Part shown: one piece after another, positions 18,155 through 28,817 of the stretch
Numbering within the stretch: the first letter of the stretch is position 1
Layout: each line of letters starts with the position of its first letter
DNA from: an uncultured Pseudobdellovibrionaceae bacterium
Lineage (GTDB): Bacteria > Bdellovibrionota > Bdellovibrionia > Bdellovibrionales > UBA840
DNA length: 47,888 nucleotides
NCBI GenBank assembly: GCA_964653235.1
Contig: CAZZCP010000010.1
Span: 1 to 47,888, forward strand
Reading direction: 5' to 3'
Notes under the pieces: generated by a model
Seen by the model: only the letters and a program-made list of their open reading frames with translations
Database searches by the model: none
What the model was told of the DNA's origin: nothing
Position numbers and translations under genes: made by a program

Positions 18155-19018
18155 ATGCTGCGAAGAATTGTTCTCTACACCATTTTAAGCCTTCTATTTC
18201 TTATTGGCATAGGCGTTCTGATGCAAAGAGACCGAATTTCAGAGGTCTATGAATACTATTTTGGTGAACCTGATTCACGAGAAATTATCGCAGAGGCTAG
18301 TGAAACTAAGGGCAGAGTTCGTTTTAAACTTCCCCGTAGATTGATCTACAAAAAACTTCGAGACGAGCAAAAGCTTCGTTATTTTGACACGATCACTACT
18401 GATGCCAATTCTTCGGTTCTATTGAGCTTTAAAGATGGTTTGCAACTTGAGTTGGGTCCCAATACAGTTATGGTTCTTGAGAAACCAGAAGATGGCTCTG
18501 GTGGTATTGTTTTGCTCTCCTTTCTTCGTGGTCGCTATAAAGTTCGTAGTCAAGGTAACAGTAAAAGCGTAATCAAAGGCACCAAGGCGCTTCCTAAAAT
18601 TGGAACACTGCCTGAGCCTAAACTAATCATTGAAGAAGAAGTCATCCCAGAGGTAGCTCCCCCTGTACTCAAAAAAGATAAACTCAAGGAAATTGAGGCC
18701 AAAAGACTGGAAAGAGAAAAGAGACAGAAAAAAGAAACTCTACCGGACTCTTATATTTCAGGTCGCATTAAATTGCAGAGACCTTTTTTCAACCGTTGCT
18801 ATGCTCAGCACTTGCGACTCAACCCTAACGCAACCGGGAGAATCCAGTTGCAATTTGTGATACAGCCCACAGGCAAAGTCGCTGATGTAAATATCGTAAG
18901 TGCCAGTATTGAAGATCCACGACTTCAACAATGTACAAAATCGATTGTAGAACGGGTTGAATTTCGATCCTTCAAGGGCGATCCGATTGTAGTGACCTAC
19001 CCCATTAATTTCGAATAA
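18155..19018 (+). CDS. membrane-anchored protein with a FecR-like middle region and a TonB-C/AgmX-PglI-like C-terminal domain
   Basis: N-terminal TM, a FecR-like stretch (GRVRFK...TTDANSSVLLSFKDGLQLELGPNTVMVL), a charged linker, and a C-terminus (...CYAQHLRLNPNATGRIQLQFVIQPTGKV...). Domain names come from memory and are not verified. Confidence 0.55.
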   Translation: MLRRIVLYTILSLLFLIGIGVLMQRDRISEVYEYYFGEPDSREIIAEASETKGRVRFKLPRRLIYKKLRDEQKLRYFDTITTDANSSVLLSFKDGLQLELGPNTVMVLEKPEDGSGGIVLLSFLRGRYKVRSQGNSKSVIKGTKALPKIGTLPEPKLIIEEEVIPEVAPPVLKKDKLKEIEAKRLEREKRQKKETLPDSYISGRIKLQRPFFNRCYAQHLRLNPNATGRIQLQFVIQPTGKVADVNIVSASIEDPRLQQCTKSIVERVEFRSFKGDPIVVTYPINFE

Positions 19019-19074
19019 TAGGAATGAACCAAAAGCTAAAAAACAATGGCTAGTTTGCAAAACCTGAAAAGGGT

Positions 19075-19686
19075 TTAAGAATTGATTTTAAGGTACCAAG
19101 CTTCAAGATCTTCGATATCACTTTTATTGATCAAGTCATACATCTCGGCAACCTGAATGAGCTCATGATAGTCGGTCAAAGTTTCTAAGAAAATTTGAGC
19201 CTCACGAAAGCTTCTTTTTGATTCATGAAATCCATAAGTAAAGATGGCGAGTACAGCAACGACTTCGACTCCCGCATCTTTAAGGGCATTTGCAGCACGT
19301 AAAGCAGAAGCACCCGTTGATATGAGGTCTTCAATCAGTACAACTTCTTGACCTTTGTGAAGCCTACCTTCGATTTGATTTTCACGCCCATGTTTTTTTG
19401 CTTTAGAGCGAACATAAACCATTGGCAACTGTAGTTCATCGGCAAGCCAAGCTGCATGAGGTATACCAGAGGTGGCAGTGCCCGCGATCACTTCAACATT
19501 AGGAAACTGTTTCTTGATGATTTCTGAAAAGGCTTTGGCAATGGCTTTACGAACATCAGGATAAGAAAGTGTTAAACGATTGTCACAGTAGATAGGTGAC
19601 TCGGTACCAGAACTCCAGGTAAAGGGTTTTTTAGGACTTAGACTGATCGCTTTAACGTCGAGTAGTGCTTTGGCTATTTCTCTCAT
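19075..19686 (-). CDS. pyrE: orotate phosphoribosyltransferase
   Basis: PRPP-binding loop VVLIEDLISTGAS; 203 aa; 4-nt overlap with pyrF. Confidence 0.9.
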   Translation of the reverse strand: MREIAKALLDVKAISLSPKKPFTWSSGTESPIYCDNRLTLSYPDVRKAIAKAFSEIIKKQFPNVEVIAGTATSGIPHAAWLADELQLPMVYVRSKAKKHGRENQIEGRLHKGQEVVLIEDLISTGASALRAANALKDAGVEVVAVLAIFTYGFHESKRSFREAQIFLETLTDYHELIQVAEMYDLINKSDIEDLEAWYLKINS

Positions 19687-20369
19687 GCTTCTTCCATTTC
19701 TTTTCGTATCAAATTTATTGCCTCTGTCGGATTCTCGGCCTGAGTAATGGCTCTTCCTATCACCAAATAATCAGCTCCTGCTCGAGTGGCTTCAGCAGGT
19801 GTCATTACCCTTTTTTGATCTGCATTTGCAGCAAAACTAGGACGTATTCCGGGGCAAACGCAAACAAAATCTTTACCAAATCTCTCTTTTATATCGATCA
19901 CCTCTTGGGCAGAACAAACAATTCCATCAAGACCGGCATCTTTTGCCATTGCTGCATAGTCGAGTACACAATCTTTGAGGCTTCCAGAAATTTTAAGCTG
20001 CTTTTGCATTTGCTCTTCACTTGTGCTCGTAAGTTGTGTGACTGCCACCAGTATCATTTCATCTCCGGCTTCTTGCCGAACTGCTTTTAACATCTCAAGG
20101 CCTCCAGCGCAGTGAAAGTTGAGCATATCAACTCCAAGATCGCGTACACTTTTCACTGCACCCCTTGCTGTATTCGGAATGTCATGAATTTTTAGATCAA
20201 GAAAGATTTTGTAGCCTTTGTCTTTGAGTTTGTGCACCACTTGAGGTCCGTTGGCATAATAGAGCTGCATCCCAACCTTGACCCAAGTCATGTGATCGCC
20301 GGCTTTTTCTAATAGAGCATCTAGCTCTTGCTCAGAACTAATATCTAGGGCGACGATGACTTCACTCAT
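19683..20369 (-). CDS. pyrF: orotidine-5'-phosphate decarboxylase
   Basis: VALD...; [12 protein letters not shown]; VIGRAI motifs; 228 aa. Confidence 0.9.
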   Translation of the reverse strand: MSEVIVALDISSEQELDALLEKAGDHMTWVKVGMQLYYANGPQVVHKLKDKGYKIFLDLKIHDIPNTARGAVKSVRDLGVDMLNFHCAGGLEMLKAVRQEAGDEMILVAVTQLTSTSEEQMQKQLKISGSLKDCVLDYAAMAKDAGLDGIVCSAQEVIDIKERFGKDFVCVCPGIRPSFAANADQKRVMTPAEATRAGADYLVIGRAITQAENPTEAINLIRKEMEEA

Positions 20370-23300
20370 ATTTTCCTACTTGATGAAAAGCTGGAATGCT
20401 TTCTGTGCTAAAACTAATCGACTGCAAAACTCTTAATAAAGCTTCTGCTGTATCAAGAGAAGTCAAACAAAGTACATTTCTTTCAACAGCTGCCCTGCGA
20501 ATTTGAAAACCATCACGCGTTGGGGTTTTGCCTTTGGTGAGTGTGTTGAAAACATACTGAGCTCCCCCTTGCTCGATCAAATCAAGAATATTTGGTGATC
20601 CTTCTTCGATCTTCTTGAGTCTTTCGACTTGCACATCTGCTCTTTCAATGGCATTAGCTGTTCCACCTGTAGCAAAAATGCGAAATCCCAACCTTGAAAA
20701 GTCACGAATAATAGGAATCGCTTCTTCTTTGTCTTTATCTGCAATCGTACAAATAAAGCTACCATAGGTTGGAAGTCGCATACCTGCAGCCAAAAGACCT
20801 TTGTAAAGAGCCTTTGATAAATTCGTATCTCGGCCCATGACTTCACCGGTAGATTTCATTTCGGGGCCCAAACCAATGTCAACCATGCGCAATTTAGCAA
20901 ATGAAAAAACAGGTACTTTAACTGATACAAAGCGATCTTCAGGATAATAACCTGGGCGATATCCTTGCTCTCTTAAGCCCTTTCCTAAAATAGCTTGAGT
21001 TGCAAGTTTCGCCATCGGTACACCGGTGACCTTACTCAAAAAAGGTACGGTTCGAGACGACCTTGGATTGACCTCGATCACATAAGGCACTCCTTTTTTC
21101 AGAACAAATTGAATATTTAAAATGCCTTTAACTTCTAATTTCTTACAAAGTTTAGTAGTGATCTCGATGATTTTTTCTTTATTTTCTGGATAAAGTCTTT
21201 GTGGTGGATAGACTGCGATTGAGTCGCCCGAGTGAACGCCTGATCTTTCGATGTGCTCCATGATTCCTGGAATCAGTACGTCTTGACCATCGCAAATCGC
21301 ATCGACTTCTAGCTCAAGTCCAAGCATATAGCGATCAATCAAAACCGGATGATCGGGATTTACCTCAACTGCGGTAGAAATATAATTTCTTAGTTCCGAC
21401 TCAGAGTAAACAATCTCCATAGCTTGCCCGCCCAAAACATAAGAAGGACGAACCAGTACAGGGTAATCTAGCGAATTGGCAACCTCTACAGCTTCATCCT
21501 CTGACATAACTGTTTTTCCAAGCGGCTGAGCAATTTCTAGATCTTTCAATAGTTCTTCAAAACGTTTTCGATCTTCGGCCCGATCAATATTGTCTAAAGA
21601 CATACCAAGAATTTTGACCCCGAGATCTTCTAGGGGTTTTGCCAAATTTATGGCTGTTTGTCCGCCAAACTGAACGATGACTCCCTCTGGTTTTTCTTTT
21701 TGAATGATGTTGTAGACATCTTCAATATAGAGTGGTTCAAAGTAGAGACGATCTGAAGTACTAAAATCAGTTGAAACGGTTTCAGGGTTGTTGTTCACCA
21801 CGATGGCTTCATAACCCATCTCTTGAATCGCACGAACCGCATGAACTGTGGCATAATCAAATTCAATTCCTTGTCCAATACGAATCGGACCAGAGCCCAA
21901 AACCAAAACCTTTTTCTTATCAGTCTCTAAAACTTCATCTTCTTCTTCAAAAGTGGAGTAATAATAGGGAGAGTAGGCCTCAAATTCAGCAGCGCAAGTA
22001 TCTACCATTTTGTACACGACTTGAATTTTATTTTTTTCACGAAAGCGGCGAACATCTCCCTCGGTGCTTGAGGTGAGCTCAGCGATTTTTCGGTCAGTAA
22101 AACCCAATCTTTTGACAGAGAAGAGCTTTTCTTTACCTAGGTCTTCAAGATTTCTGCCCTTGAGTTGTTCTTCTTGCTCTATAATATTTTGAATTTTGTA
22201 GAGAAAGAAAACATCGATTTTGGTAATTTGATAGACTTCTTCAAGGCTTGCTCCTTTGCGAAAGGCCTCAGCAATAGCAAAAATTCTCTCGTCGGTTTGT
22301 TCTTTGATTTTTGCAAACAACTGCTCTTTTGAGAAGCCAGCAAATGCCTTCCACTCTAAGTGATGGGTTTTTAGCTCTAAAGAGCGTATTGCTTTTAACA
22401 GAGACTCTTCAAAACTTCGACCAATCGACATCACCTCACCGGTTGCTTTCATTTGTGTTGATAGGCTTCTATCTCCTGAGATGAATTTATCAAAAGGCCA
22501 ACGTGGTATTTTTGTAACCACATAATCAATACTCGGCTCAAAACAAGCATAGGTTTTTTGTGTTACGGGGTTTTTTAATTCATCTAAAGTATAACCTATT
22601 GCAATTTTTGCAGCTAACTTAGCGATAGGATAACCCGTTGCTTTTGAAGCAAGTGCAGATGACCTTGATACTCTTGGATTCACTTCTATCACATAGTACT
22701 GAAAACTCTGCGGATCGAGAGCAAGTTGCACATTACAGCCACCACGAATTTTAAGAGAACGAATAATTTTTAATGAGGCCGAACGCAAGAGTTGATATTC
22801 ACGATCAGACAACGTTTGGCTGGGAGCAACAACAATACTATCTCCTGTATGAATCCCGACCGGGTCAATATTTTCCATATTACAGACGGTGATGCAATTG
22901 TCGTTTGAATCTCGCATCACTTCATATTCGATCTCTTTAAAACCGGCAATACTCTGCTCAACCAAACATTGAGTGATCGGACTGTTGGCAAGTCCGCTCT
23001 CGACAATTTTTTTGTACTCTTCTTCGCTACTCGCGATTCCCCCTCCTGTTCCACCCAGTGTGTAAGCAGGACGAATAATAATCGGATAGCCAATTTCTTT
23101 GGCAAAAGCCAAGGCCTCATCCATGGTTTTGATGATTGCACTGGGAGGCACTGGCTCACCAATCTTACGCATCAGTGAGCGAAACTTTTCTCGATCTTCT
23201 GCCATTTCGATAGAATTTAAGTCGGTACCCAAAAGACGAACATTTTCTTGCTCTAAGATTCCTTTTTTGTAGAGTTCCACTGCCATATTTAGACCCGTTT

Positions 23301-23577
23301 GTCCTCCCAGACTCGGCAAAATAGCATCAGGCCTTTCTTTACGAATCACCTTAGTGACAAAATCTAAAGTAAGTGGCTCTATATAAACTTTATCGGCCGT
23401 ATCGGCATCGGTCATAATCGTAGCGGGATTCGAATTGACCAAGATGACTTCTAAGCCCTCTTCGCGCAAAGCTTCGCAAGCTTGGGTACCAGCGTAATCA
23501 AATTCAGCAGCCTGGCCAATGACGATAGGACCTGAACCAATTACCATTACTTTCTTTAAGTTCTTTTCAATAGGCAT
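20362..23577 (-). CDS. carB: carbamoyl-phosphate synthase large subunit
   Basis: 1071 aa; duplicated ATP-grasp halves ([20 protein letters not shown] / [20 protein letters not shown]) and a C-terminal MGS-like domain. Confidence 0.97.
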   Translation of the reverse strand: MPIEKNLKKVMVIGSGPIVIGQAAEFDYAGTQACEALREEGLEVILVNSNPATIMTDADTADKVYIEPLTLDFVTKVIRKERPDAILPSLGGQTGLNMAVELYKKGILEQENVRLLGTDLNSIEMAEDREKFRSLMRKIGEPVPPSAIIKTMDEALAFAKEIGYPIIIRPAYTLGGTGGGIASSEEEYKKIVESGLANSPITQCLVEQSIAGFKEIEYEVMRDSNDNCITVCNMENIDPVGIHTGDSIVVAPSQTLSDREYQLLRSASLKIIRSLKIRGGCNVQLALDPQSFQYYVIEVNPRVSRSSALASKATGYPIAKLAAKIAIGYTLDELKNPVTQKTYACFEPSIDYVVTKIPRWPFDKFISGDRSLSTQMKATGEVMSIGRSFEESLLKAIRSLELKTHHLEWKAFAGFSKEQLFAKIKEQTDERIFAIAEAFRKGASLEEVYQITKIDVFFLYKIQNIIEQEEQLKGRNLEDLGKEKLFSVKRLGFTDRKIAELTSSTEGDVRRFREKNKIQVVYKMVDTCAAEFEAYSPYYYSTFEEEDEVLETDKKKVLVLGSGPIRIGQGIEFDYATVHAVRAIQEMGYEAIVVNNNPETVSTDFSTSDRLYFEPLYIEDVYNIIQKEKPEGVIVQFGGQTAINLAKPLEDLGVKILGMSLDNIDRAEDRKRFEELLKDLEIAQPLGKTVMSEDEAVEVANSLDYPVLVRPSYVLGGQAMEIVYSESELRNYISTAVEVNPDHPVLIDRYMLGLELEVDAICDGQDVLIPGIMEHIERSGVHSGDSIAVYPPQRLYPENKEKIIEITTKLCKKLEVKGILNIQFVLKKGVPYVIEVNPRSSRTVPFLSKVTGVPMAKLATQAILGKGLREQGYRPGYYPEDRFVSVKVPVFSFAKLRMVDIGLGPEMKSTGEVMGRDTNLSKALYKGLLAAGMRLPTYGSFICTIADKDKEEAIPIIRDFSRLGFRIFATGGTANAIERADVQVERLKKIEEGSPNILDLIEQGGAQYVFNTLTKGKTPTRDGFQIRRAAVERNVLCLTSLDTAEALLRVLQSISFSTESIPAFHQVGKYE

Positions 23578-24655
23578 GATGACTCCTTTTTCTTTTCGCA
23601 GCTAAAGGAGCTAAAAATTCATCAAACAGGTAGCTATTGTCATTCGGCCCTGGAGCAGCTTCAGGATGATATTGAACCGAAAAGATCTTATGCTCTTTGT
23701 GTTTCATCCCCTCCACCGTATTGTCATTGACAGCAATATGGGTTAGTTCCATATCAAGATTTTGCATCGATTTTTCTCGTATGGCATAGCCATGATTTTG
23801 TGAGCTAATATAAACTTTTGAATTGCTTAGATCTTTAACCGGTTGGTTGGTACCGTGATGGCCAAATTTCATTTTTTCTACTTCGGCACCAAAATAAAGA
23901 GACAAAAGCTGGTGACCCAAACAAATTCCCATAATTGGAACTTTACCCACTAAACCTTCTATCGTCTTTTGTGCTTCAGGAACATCTCTTGGGTCTCCAG
24001 GTCCGTTCGATAAAAGTACGGCATCGGGCTCATAGCCAAGAACCTCTTGAGCTGTAACATTATAAGGAAGCAAAATCACTTCACAGCTTCTTCGCATCAA
24101 CTCGCGAAGGATTCCACGTTTACAGCCATAATCAATAACGCATATACGAGGCCCCAAACCAGGAGTGTGCACAACATCCTTGGTTGATACTTGCTCAACT
24201 TGGTTTCGCGGTAATTCTTTTTGCAGTTCTTTCAGAATCACCTGCTCGTTATAGCCTTCTTGGCAAATCGCCGCCCGCATGCAACCATGTTTACGAATCT
24301 TTCGAGTCAATCTTCGAGTATCAATTCCATGCAGACCAGGAATGTTGAAATCTTTCAAAAGTTGATCAAAGGACTTTGTCGAACGCCAATTGCTGGGTAA
24401 TTGGCAATACTCTCGAACCACAAATCCACTCACAAAAGGCTTAATACTCTCAAAGTCATCACGATTTACACCATAGTTGCCAATCAAGGGATAGGTCATG
24501 TTTACAATCTGCCCGCAATAGGAAGGATCTGTTAATATCTCCTGATAGCCGGTCAATCCTGTATTGAAAACAACTTCACCAATTGATTCAACATCGGCTC
24601 CAAAGCTTTCTCCTTGAAATAAATCACCATCTTCTAAAAGCAAATAGGCCTTCAT
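23567..24655 (-). CDS. carA: carbamoyl-phosphate synthase small (glutaminase) subunit
   Basis: 362 aa; GATase triad context GICLGHQL ... HGYA; 11-nt overlap with carB. Confidence 0.95.
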   Translation of the reverse strand: MKAYLLLEDGDLFQGESFGADVESIGEVVFNTGLTGYQEILTDPSYCGQIVNMTYPLIGNYGVNRDDFESIKPFVSGFVVREYCQLPSNWRSTKSFDQLLKDFNIPGLHGIDTRRLTRKIRKHGCMRAAICQEGYNEQVILKELQKELPRNQVEQVSTKDVVHTPGLGPRICVIDYGCKRGILRELMRRSCEVILLPYNVTAQEVLGYEPDAVLLSNGPGDPRDVPEAQKTIEGLVGKVPIMGICLGHQLLSLYFGAEVEKMKFGHHGTNQPVKDLSNSKVYISSQNHGYAIREKSMQNLDMELTHIAVNDNTVEGMKHKEHKIFSVQYHPEAAPGPNDNSYLFDEFLAPLAAKRKRSHHAY

Positions 24656-25542
24656 CTTTTCTCCTCAAATATCCACTCTAATATGGCCGTTCGGGTATAT
24701 ACCCCATTTTCTTTTTGATTAAAAATCAATGAGTCTGTGGCTTCAACCACATCTCCTGCAATCTCAACTCCTCTTTCAAAAGGGCCTGGATGCAAAATCA
24801 AAGAGCCGCTTTTTTTCTTTGCATAGCGATCTTTGGTGAGCCCAAAGTGAAAGTGATAATCCTGTTCTTCCATTCCAAGACTCTCTAGGTGACGCTCTTT
24901 TTGCATCCGCAATAGATAGACTGCATCCATCTCTTGTATGGCTTCATCTAGGTTCAAAGTTTCTATGTCATATCGAAGAAAATGCTCAGGACCACTCTGG
25001 TAAACCTGCACCTTGAATCGTCGAAGCAAAGGATAGAGAGACCCCACAACCCGACTATGTTTGACATCCCCCAAAATTAAAATCTTTTTACCTGAAAAAC
25101 TTGGCCACTTTTCACTTAAAGTAAAAAGATCGAGTAGGGCTTGCGTCGGATGCTCTGTTTTTCCTTCACCTGCATTGATAATACTGATGTTGAGTTTATC
25201 GGCCAAATTTCGATGCTCCGACTCTTGTTTGCACCTTAAGACAATTGCAGAAACCCCCTGTGCCTCCAGCGTGCGACAGGTATCATAGAGGCTCTCCCCT
25301 TTGACCATCGAGGAGCTAGCAGCTTGAAAATCGAGTATCTGTAGACCCAATTTTTTCTCAGCAATTTCAAATGAAAACTTAGTGCGGGTACTTGCCTCAA
25401 GAAAGAGGTTGGCAATAAAAACCGGCTTTTCTGGCAAAAAAAAAGGGGTTTTGGCCCCTGATTTGATCTCTTGAGTTCGCTCTATTAAATCTTGGATTTC
25501 GTTGTCTTTAAAATCTTCTAAAGAAAGAAAGTGTTTTGTCAT
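24652..25542 (-). CDS. pyrB: aspartate carbamoyltransferase catalytic subunit
   Basis: EASTRTKFSFE (STRTR-type carbamoyl-P site) and HPGP motifs; 296 aa; ATGA overlap with carA. Confidence 0.92.
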   Translation of the reverse strand: MTKHFLSLEDFKDNEIQDLIERTQEIKSGAKTPFFLPEKPVFIANLFLEASTRTKFSFEIAEKKLGLQILDFQAASSSMVKGESLYDTCRTLEAQGVSAIVLRCKQESEHRNLADKLNISIINAGEGKTEHPTQALLDLFTLSEKWPSFSGKKILILGDVKHSRVVGSLYPLLRRFKVQVYQSGPEHFLRYDIETLNLDEAIQEMDAVYLLRMQKERHLESLGMEEQDYHFHFGLTKDRYAKKKSGSLILHPGPFERGVEIAGDVVEATDSLIFNQKENGVYTRTAILEWIFEEKR

Positions 25543-25567
25543 CTTAAAAACCTATTATGACGAGGAA

Positions 25568-26545
25568 TTATTGATTTTCAAGAAATTTTAGCTTTTTTTC
25601 GCCTTTTTGTAAAAAACCAAGAGACCAAGCCTGCTCTTGCTGCTCTTGCAAAAATTCGAGCACCTCTTTTTCTCTATCTGTCACCAACATCAGCCCCACA
25701 CCCATATTGAAGGTGCGATAGAGTTCTTCATCAGGTAGATCAAGTCGAGAAAGTATTTCGGGCATAGGAGCAGGTAGATTTTGAGGCTTGTGTTCAATGC
25801 AAAAACTAAAATCATCGCGCAATCTCAATAGATTCTCCCAGCCTCCACCAGTAATATGCGCTAAGCCCTTGATGGAGGAGCCAAATTTTTGCCGAAGAGA
25901 CTGGATCAAATCAACGTAAATGCGCGTTGGGGTCAAAGCTTGGCTCTGAATCTCGGTCTCGTCATCATGAATCATTTTTCGAACCAAGGAATAAGCATTA
26001 CTATGAAAGCCGCTAGAGGCAAGGCCAATGACTCTATCTCCGTCAACAATACTCTCAATCGGTAAAAGATCTTCTTTTGTTGCCTCACCGACACAAAAAC
26101 CAGCTAGATCATAATCTTCGTCTTTATAAATTCCGGGCATCTCAGCAGTTTCACCACCTATCAATGCCATCGAGCTTTGTTTACAGCCATCGACTATGCC
26201 TTTTACAATTTCAAAGCCATGTTCTTCATTGAGTTTGCCTGTCGCATAGTAATCGAGAAAAAAGAGTGGCCTCGCTCCTACACAAATTAAGTCATTCACA
26301 CACATCGCAACCAAGTCGATACCAATGCTATCGTGTTTGTTCAAAACTTGAGCCAGTCTCAACTTGGTTCCCACACCATCTGTAGCAGAGGCCAAATAAA
26401 AATTGGGACGCACCTCATAAAGCGCAGCAAAACCACCAATACCTGAGACAACCTTTTCATTCATTGTCGATTGAACCAAATTCTTGATACTACCAACAAA
26501 GCGATCGCCTTTTTCAATGTCTACCCCTGCCGTTTTGTAATCCAT
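25568..26545 (-). CDS. purM: phosphoribosylformylglycinamidine cyclo-ligase (AIR synthetase)
   Basis: MDYKTAGVDIEKG..., DGVGTK, GGETAEMPG motifs. The ATG at 26545 (GAGGG upstream) is preferred to the 26614 ORF start, which overlaps purH. Confidence 0.92.
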   Translation of the reverse strand: MDYKTAGVDIEKGDRFVGSIKNLVQSTMNEKVVSGIGGFAALYEVRPNFYLASATDGVGTKLRLAQVLNKHDSIGIDLVAMCVNDLICVGARPLFFLDYYATGKLNEEHGFEIVKGIVDGCKQSSMALIGGETAEMPGIYKDEDYDLAGFCVGEATKEDLLPIESIVDGDRVIGLASSGFHSNAYSLVRKMIHDDETEIQSQALTPTRIYVDLIQSLRQKFGSSIKGLAHITGGGWENLLRLRDDFSFCIEHKPQNLPAPMPEILSRLDLPDEELYRTFNMGVGLMLVTDREKEVLEFLQEQQEQAWSLGFLQKGEKKLKFLENQ

Positions 26546-26552
26546 ATCGCCC

Positions 26553-28067
26553 TCAGTGTTTAAAATTTCTCTTGCCAGTAAAAAGCATTGCCATTTGGTT
26601 TTGATTGCACGCATCGATCACTTCATCATCTCGAACAGACCCCCCGGGCTGAACAATATAGCGAAGGCCATATTCTCTGCACTGTTCAATACTATCTGCA
26701 AAAGGAAAGAAGGCATCAGAAGCCAATACCACTTTGGAAATGTCGATATCTTTAAAATATTCCTGCATTCTCGGAATAGCTAAACGGCGAATACAATCAA
26801 TGCGGTTTGGCTGTCCCATTCCAGCTCCTAGCAACTGGTAGACTGAGTTTTGCTCACGAACCAAAGCAATTGCATTGCTCTTTAAATGTTTAGCGCAAAG
26901 CTTGGCAAATTCAGCAAGCGGCAATTTTTCTTTAGGAAAGGGAGTTTCAGTCACAGCTTGAAATTCGAAGTGATCTTCTTGATCGAGATCTTGCTCTAGA
27001 AAACCACCATGTATGCTCACCTTTTGTTTCGCATTGAGCCTTTGCGGAGCCACCTCTAAGAGTCTTAGATTTTTCTTTGTAGCAAAATACTCTTTGGCCT
27101 TTGCAGAAAAAGTAGGAGCTAAAATGACTTCGACAAATTTTTTATCAAAATAGCGAGCGGTTTCTTCTTCGACTTCGGTATTGAAACAAAGAACAGAACC
27201 AAAGGCACTGACCGGATCGCCCTGCCAAGCAGCATCTAAAACTTCAGATTGATTCTCACCAACAGCCACTCCACAAGGATTGGCATGCTTCACCACAATC
27301 GCTACTTTTTTATCGCTCTGCCAAAAATGCAAATCATTGCAAATTCGAAAGGCGGCATCGGCATCCAAAAAATTATTGTAAGAAAGTTCTTTTCCTTGTA
27401 AAGACTTAGCGCTAGCCAAAGTATTTTCTTGTTCGACAATCAGCTTAGCGCTCTGGTGAGGGTTTTCTCCATAGCGAAGTTCATGTACATTTTGCGAAAA
27501 AGCCTCAACAATACAGGCTTCATACTTTGCGCTCTTTTGAAAAGCAGCAAGTGAAGTCTTTTTACGAAATTCTAAAGGTATCTCTTTGGACTCTTCTAAG
27601 TTTTGTAAAAACTCTCCATAAAAATCCGGATCGGGCAATACACATACATCGGCAAAATTCTTCGCTGCAGCTCGCATCATACAAGGGCCGCCAATATCAA
27701 TATTTTCAACCAATTCTTGTTCTGTTGCTCCAGAGGCATAAACCTGCTCAAAAGGATAAAGATTAACCACCACCAAATCAATACCTGGAATATTCAATCT
27801 TCTCGAATCAGCAACATCTTGCGGATTGTCTCGGCGAAATAAAATCCCTCCCTCAATCTGAAAGCTGATGGTTTTCATTCGGCCACCAAAGGCTTCAGGC
27901 ATTTGAGTTATTTCTTCAATAGGGGTGTAAGGAATTTTAGCAGCTTCAAGTCGCTTCGCTGTGCCTCCTGTAGAAATAATCTCTACTTTGTTTTTATAAA
28001 GAGCTTTTGCTAGCTCTTCTATTCCTCTTTTGTCAGATACGCTCAAAAGCGCGCGATTTAGTTCCAT
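26553..28067 (-). CDS. purH: bifunctional AICAR formyltransferase / IMP cyclohydrolase
   Basis: ALLSVSDKRGI (MGS domain), the AICARFT domain, and a C-terminal ...FTGKRNFKH tail; 504 aa. Confidence 0.95.
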   Translation of the reverse strand: MELNRALLSVSDKRGIEELAKALYKNKVEIISTGGTAKRLEAAKIPYTPIEEITQMPEAFGGRMKTISFQIEGGILFRRDNPQDVADSRRLNIPGIDLVVVNLYPFEQVYASGATEQELVENIDIGGPCMMRAAAKNFADVCVLPDPDFYGEFLQNLEESKEIPLEFRKKTSLAAFQKSAKYEACIVEAFSQNVHELRYGENPHQSAKLIVEQENTLASAKSLQGKELSYNNFLDADAAFRICNDLHFWQSDKKVAIVVKHANPCGVAVGENQSEVLDAAWQGDPVSAFGSVLCFNTEVEEETARYFDKKFVEVILAPTFSAKAKEYFATKKNLRLLEVAPQRLNAKQKVSIHGGFLEQDLDQEDHFEFQAVTETPFPKEKLPLAEFAKLCAKHLKSNAIALVREQNSVYQLLGAGMGQPNRIDCIRRLAIPRMQEYFKDIDISKVVLASDAFFPFADSIEQCREYGLRYIVQPGGSVRDDEVIDACNQNQMAMLFTGKRNFKH

Positions 28068-28076
28068 AAGCTACCT

Positions 28077-28817
28077 CTAATTAAAAAACTCTACTGCATT
28101 TTGAAATATTCTTTTTGCCATATCAGGTTTCACTTCTTTTGATGGCATCTGCCACCTGTGGCTTGCCGCTTCTGGGTGCGGCATCAACGCGAAAACTCTG
28201 CCACTTTCATCGCACAAACCAGCAATTCTCTCAAAGGAGCCATTAACATCTTCTTTGTAGCGCAATGGAATCAAATGCTTGTCTGTGAGCATTGAAAAGA
28301 CTTCTTGTTCTTTTCCTGCTTGAATCTGAACCCTACCCTCTCCATGGCGAACCGGAAATACCGCTGTTTGAATCCCCTTGGTCCATATACAAGGACTATG
28401 GGTATCAAACTCAAGCTCGATCCATTTGTCGATAAAATGTCCTGAAGAATTGTGTACTAGGGCCAAACTTTGCTGTAGTTTTGGAAATGGCAAAAGTCCT
28501 AAGCGCATCAATACCTGAAATCCATTACAAACTCCCAAAATTAAGGTTTCACGCTCTAAAAATTGGTGCAAATGATCTTTCCATTGGTGCCTGAGTTTGA
28601 TCGCCAATACCTGACCACTACCAAGATCATCTGCAAAAGAAAATCCACCTGGAAAGACCAGCCCCTGGTACTGGTTTAAACTCGAGAGATCGCGACTCAA
28701 TTGGTTGATGGTTTTGATACTTGTCCTTGCTCCAGCATCTGCAAAAGCAATAGCTGTTTCCTTTTCACAATTGATACCATAACCAGTTAAAATCAAAAAA
28801 TGGGGCTTAGAATTCAT
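28077..28817 (-). CDS. purQ: phosphoribosylformylglycinamidine synthase, glutaminase subunit
   Basis: GFSFADD, GVCNGFQ (catalytic Cys), MPHPE. The ATG at 28817 is preceded by GGGAGG; 11-nt overlap with purL. Confidence 0.9.
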   Translation of the reverse strand: MNSKPHFLILTGYGINCEKETAIAFADAGARTSIKTINQLSRDLSSLNQYQGLVFPGGFSFADDLGSGQVLAIKLRHQWKDHLHQFLERETLILGVCNGFQVLMRLGLLPFPKLQQSLALVHNSSGHFIDKWIELEFDTHSPCIWTKGIQTAVFPVRHGEGRVQIQAGKEQEVFSMLTDKHLIPLRYKEDVNGSFERIAGLCDESGRVFALMPHPEAASHRWQMPSKEVKPDMAKRIFQNAVEFFN